Shown here: positions 9,583-12,938 of the stretch, piece by piece | Position numbering within the stretch: position 1 is the stretch's first letter | Layout: every line of letters starts with the position of its first letter | NCBI RefSeq assembly: GCF_006345805.1 | Contig: NW_021826427.1 | Span: 1 to 12,938, forward strand | DNA: 12,938 bases | From: Octopus sinensis | Lineage: Eukaryota | Direction of reading: 5' to 3' | Made by a program: the position numbers and the translations under genes | The notes under the pieces: generated by a model | The model's input: only the letters and a program-made list of their open reading frames with translations | Databases searched by the model: none | Told to the model about the DNA's origin: nothing

Positions 9583-9694
9583 GGCGCGTGGCTACAGTGG
9601 CCACGACATTCGGCTCACGATCGAAAGATTGTCAGTTCGATTCCCGGCTGCGCGTTGTGTCGTTGCGCAACACATTTATTTACGTTGTGCTTCC
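9583..9694 (+). mobile_element. tRNA-derived SINE head (Pol III A and B boxes) with the start of a CORE-like body, 3'-truncated
   Basis: A-box-like TGGCTACAGTGG (9589-9600) and B box GTTCGATTCC (9635-9644), then GTTGTGTCGTTGCGCAACACATTT, which resembles the CORE-type GTGTCCTTGAGCAAGACACTT. There is no tRNA acceptor stem closure. Confidence 0.75.
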
Positions 9695-9766
9695 TTATTA
9701 TTATTATATTATTATTATTATTATTATATTATTATTATTATTATTTATTATTATTATATTATTATT
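9695..9766. repeat. Interrupted (TTA)n; 3' flank of the second Dong copy
   Basis: Read directly. Confidence 0.95.
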
Positions 9767-10358
9767 CAGTTTTATTTTTATAGCGTGCTTCACTTCACTA
9801 CCGAGCGCAGCTCTGTGTGCCTTGGGTGTGCTGTGATTTGTTGTGATGCTCTGATGGTTATTGTATGGAAAGTGTTCTGCGTAAGATGTGTGCAGTGCCT
9901 AGTAGTGCAATTTTCTGTATGTTATATGTGTTTGTAAGTCCCTGGTGTGTTTTGTTATGTATTTGTCTGAATATTTTTTTATCATGCCTAATGCACCTAC
10001 TATCATAGGGATTGTTTCTGTTTTTAGATTTCACATTCTGGTTACCTCTATTTCCAGGTCTTTGTATTTTGAAAGTTTCTCCATTTCTTTTAGAGACACG
10101 TTGTCATCTGCCGGTATTGATACATCAATTAGAAAGCATTTTTTTCCTTCATGATCTTTGGCAACTATATCTGGTCTGTTGGCCTTAATTTCTCTATCTG
10201 TGTGTATCGGCATATCCCAGAGTATGGTTGCTTTCTCGTTTTCTGTGACCTTTTCTGGTATGTGCCTATACCATCTTTTTTCTGTTGTTATTCCATAATG
10301 TTGGCATAGTTTCCGGTGTATGTAGGTTCCAGCTCTGTCATGTCTGTGAATATAATCC
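9767..10358 (-). mobile_element. 5'-truncated second copy of the same Dong family (endonuclease plus 3' UTR)
   Basis: Aligns by eye to 5404-5995 with about 17 substitutions and about 7 small indels. Encodes YIHRHD..NRPDIV..LIDVSIP..EKLSKY with a TGG-to-TGA stop. Confidence 0.95.
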
Positions 10359-10397
10359 TCTTCTTCTTCTCTTTCTTCTTCTTCTTCTTCTTATTAC

Positions 10398-10441
<44 letters not shown>

Positions 10442-10467
10442 TTATTCTTATTATTATTGCTTTATTA

Positions 10468-10521
<54 letters not shown>

Positions 10522-10571
10522 CATCATCATCATCATTATCTTTATTATCATTATTATTATTATTATTATTA

Positions 10572-10656
<85 letters not shown>
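10358..10656. repeat. (CTT)n followed by long (TTA)n with TCA interruptions; 5' flank of the second Dong copy
   Basis: CTT tract about 10358-10392; TTA tract about 10391-10656. Confidence 0.97.
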
Positions 10657-10657
<1 letters not shown>

Positions 10658-11060
10658 ATTTAAAATAATTTTAGTTCTGTACTTATATTTTTAATCATTA
10701 TTATCTACCTTAATTTTTAATTCAATTTCCACCTTAATTTTTTTATCTTGATTTATATTAATCATATTACTATTATCTTAATTTTTAGATATTTACTATT
10801 TTAAAGAAAAAAAATTGTTTTTGAAAGAGAATATCTTCCTTTGTGAATAATATATTGGTTATTTTCCTTTAAAATTCTCATTAACTCAAACTGTCTTCCG
10901 TTCATAGTATATATACTTAGGAATAATAGTGATCAAATAATATAAACAATTATAATGGAGAAGTTTTGATGAATCAGTGTATGATATTACTTTAAAGATA
11001 TTTGTTGTGTAAGGCCAAAATAATTCGAGGAGGCACAAAGTATTATGCCAAAGGAAAAAA

Positions 11061-11085
11061 TGGTTGGTTGGTTGGTTGGTTGGTT
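11061..11085. repeat. (TGGT)6 microsatellite
   Basis: Read directly. Confidence 0.9.
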
Positions 11086-11329
11086 AGCTGGCTGCTTGGT
11101 TGATTGATTAGTTGGTAGACTTGTAGCCTATTCATGTTATGCGTAACTAAAAATCCATCAAGACGTAAAACGTAGAAATAACGTGAAAATTTGGACTATT
11201 GTTACAACAGCGTTGTGTTTTGTCTTGGCAACAGACAAGTTGGCTTTGTTTCAGCTATCTCGAAGAAATAGAGAAATATTTCTGATTTCATCAATAATAA
11301 TTTATTTATCTATTAGTCAAGAGAAATAA

Positions 11330-11349
11330 AGAGAGAGAGAGAGAGAGAC
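11330..11349. repeat. (GA)n microsatellite
   Basis: Read directly. Confidence 0.9.
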
Positions 11350-11461
11350 AGAGGAAAATAGTCTTTAAAAATACAAGGAAAAGAAACAACTTTCCGAAAT
11401 TTTAATGTTTTGTCTCAGTATATAGAGAAAAGACTCATTAACAACTAACACACACAGATGC

Positions 11462-11464
<3 letters not shown>

Positions 11465-11505
<41 letters not shown>
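11465..11505. repeat. (TA)n abutting the 5' end of the Penelope-like element
   Basis: Read directly; the element's YVDD codons start at 11511. Confidence 0.95.
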
Positions 11506-12786
11506 CCAGTTACGTAGATGACATCCTCATACTCATATCCTCCCGTGAAGAGGCTGACATAAAGTTCACTATAGAACATCCCGACATCACTGGATCACTA
11601 TCACTACTTGACTTCAAACTGAATATAACGGAAGAAGTTGAGATCCACACCGAATTCTACAGGAAAGCAACCAATAGAGATATGTTTGTCCAACACAATT
11701 CAGCACTTCCACTCGGTGCCAAAATAGGATACGCCAGAAATGAACTTACACGCATCCAGGGCAAGTGCAGCATAACGGAGGACAAGGTGACCCACACTAC
11801 ACGCTTCCTAGATATATTGAAAACAAACGGGTACCCTAGATCCATTGTAAATTGGCTTAAATAGCCAAGGCGACAAACTCGCCGAACACAGAAAAACCCA
11901 GCAACACATAATTCCTTAAAATACCCCATTTTAGCGACAGGGTAGCTGCAGCCATCCGAAGAGCCATAAGAAGAGAAGAATTAGACATACAACTAGCCCA
12001 CTTTGGCCCCTCGCTGAGAAGACACCTAGCAAAGAAACGAGCAAGGGACAGCAATCAAAGCACACTAGCTAATTGCCCCATCCGTGACAGATTTATGACA
12101 ACGGGTAAATGTTCTGTATAGAATACAATGTAACAAATGCAATAAGTTCTATGTGGATAGCACAACAAGACCATTACACGTCCGCATCAAAGAACACGCG
12201 AGCCTCCTCCTTCAGAAAATATCTAGACAGATACCGGAACACCGACAAAAGCATAACAGTCACAATTGAGGCCAATGAAAGAAATTTGGGTAATTTAAGA
12301 ATTAAGGAAGTTATGTTGATACACAGACTAGGATCCCAAATTAGCAACAGGCTGGAGGTTGGTAATCAATACATTATTTAGATACATCTGGATGCGTGTA
12401 GGTTCATTTTTGATAATATGCTCATCTATTATTTATAACAAAAAAAAAGAGAAGAGAAAAAAGAAGGGAAAAACGAAACTGCACGTATAATACATAACTT
12501 AGAAGCAGCGCTACGGATGTACCAGCACACACGAGATTGAGACATGGCCAACCTCACACACTTCTCATGAGGAATTCCGGAGGGAGCTTCGCGAGGCCAC
12601 TGCTGAGACGCTTCCGAAAAAAAAAATGCCTTTGGAAAACTGATTATAGCAGCGACTCCATCTAAGAATATCTGAAGAAGGAATTTTATTCCGAAATATT
12701 ATCAAACAATGGATGACTACAGGTAATACCCCCCTTGTCTGTATCATAGTGCATTGTTGAAACCATTCAAACTTTTTTATTCTTAA
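11506..12786 (+). mobile_element. 5'-truncated Penelope-like element (RT-thumb-Cys linker-C-terminal GIY-YIG) with 3' pLTR region
   Basis: YVDDILIL (11511), IKFTIEHPD, LSLLDF, FYRKAT, ILKTNGYP, FLKIPHFSD, LANCPIRD, then VLYRIQCNKCNKFYVDSTTRPLHVRIKEH (GIY-YIG; YVG mutated to YVD) and LRIKEVMLI..QISNR, with stop at 12379-12381. One TAG, at least 3 frameshifts and an in-frame deletion after REEAD. The 3' boundary is approximate. Confidence 0.92.
12657..12713 (+). ncRNA. Minimal type I hammerhead ribozyme motif in the PLE 3' region
   Basis: CTGAAGA (12672-12678)-A-GGAAT-TTT-ATTCC-GAAA (12693-12696)-T-ATT-A-TC, with the predicted cut after C12703. Distal stem I is TCCAT/ATGGA; the proximal stem I is weak (A-A mismatch). 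Confidence 0.72.
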
Positions 12787-12878
12787 CATACATACATATA
12801 TATAAATACACACTACACACCACACACACACACCACAAATATATATATAGATTTATATATATATATATATATATATAA
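12787..12878. repeat. (CATA)/(TA)/(CA)/(TA) compound microsatellite at the PLE 3' end
   Basis: Read directly. Confidence 0.9.
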
Positions 12879-12938
12879 TAATTTATTTAAAAGCAGCAGA
12901 AATATAACAAATCTCTTACTCAGAGTTTCACGTTCCCG

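Noticed and set aside
9560-9600. CTGATGAG followed by GC-rich sequence, a possible hammerhead core
   Set aside because: No stem II closing onto GAAA follows; the downstream sequence is the SINE head.
9583-9650. Possible tRNA gene
   Set aside because: A and B boxes are present, but acceptor and anticodon stems do not pair properly and a SINE-like body follows.
10657-11460. AT-rich spacer with short hairpins (for example TTGTCT-N7-AGACAA near 11220-11238)
   Set aside because: Stems of 6 bp or less are expected by chance; no family could be recognised.
12705-12758. SECIS element (selenoprotein-coding PLEs are known in the Naiad clade)
   Set aside because: ATGA pairs canonically with TCAT rather than forming the GA quartet, and the premature stop after the RT-thumb frame (11862-11864) is TAG, not TGA.

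Overview
AT-rich, microsatellite-dense eukaryotic DNA made almost entirely of mobile-element sequence. Two short SINE segments resemble octopus SINEs as I recall them, so a cephalopod origin is inferred, not shown. No host gene can be supported. From left to right: (1) a decayed mariner transposase (- strand); (2) a fold-back (TA)/(TG)..(CA)/(TA) microsatellite followed by a type I hammerhead ribozyme motif (-) with no adjacent ORF; (3) a 40-bp near-perfect inverted repeat; (4) a decayed Helitron-type Pif1 helicase (-); (5) a near full-length ~3.95-kb R4/Dong-clade non-LTR retrotransposon (-; Myb-like, RT, CCHC, restriction-like endonuclease) inside (TAA)n arrays; (6) a tRNA-derived SINE head; (7) a second, 5'-truncated Dong copy, also inside (TAA)n and in the same orientation; (8) a 5'-truncated Penelope-like element (+; RT-thumb-GIY-YIG) bounded by (TA)n/(CA)n, with a second hammerhead motif in its 3' region. 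The main points of interest are the two unrelated hammerhead motifs and two retroelement classes that each sit in a different microsatellite type. All protein matches were made by eye against remembered family motifs; no searches were run.
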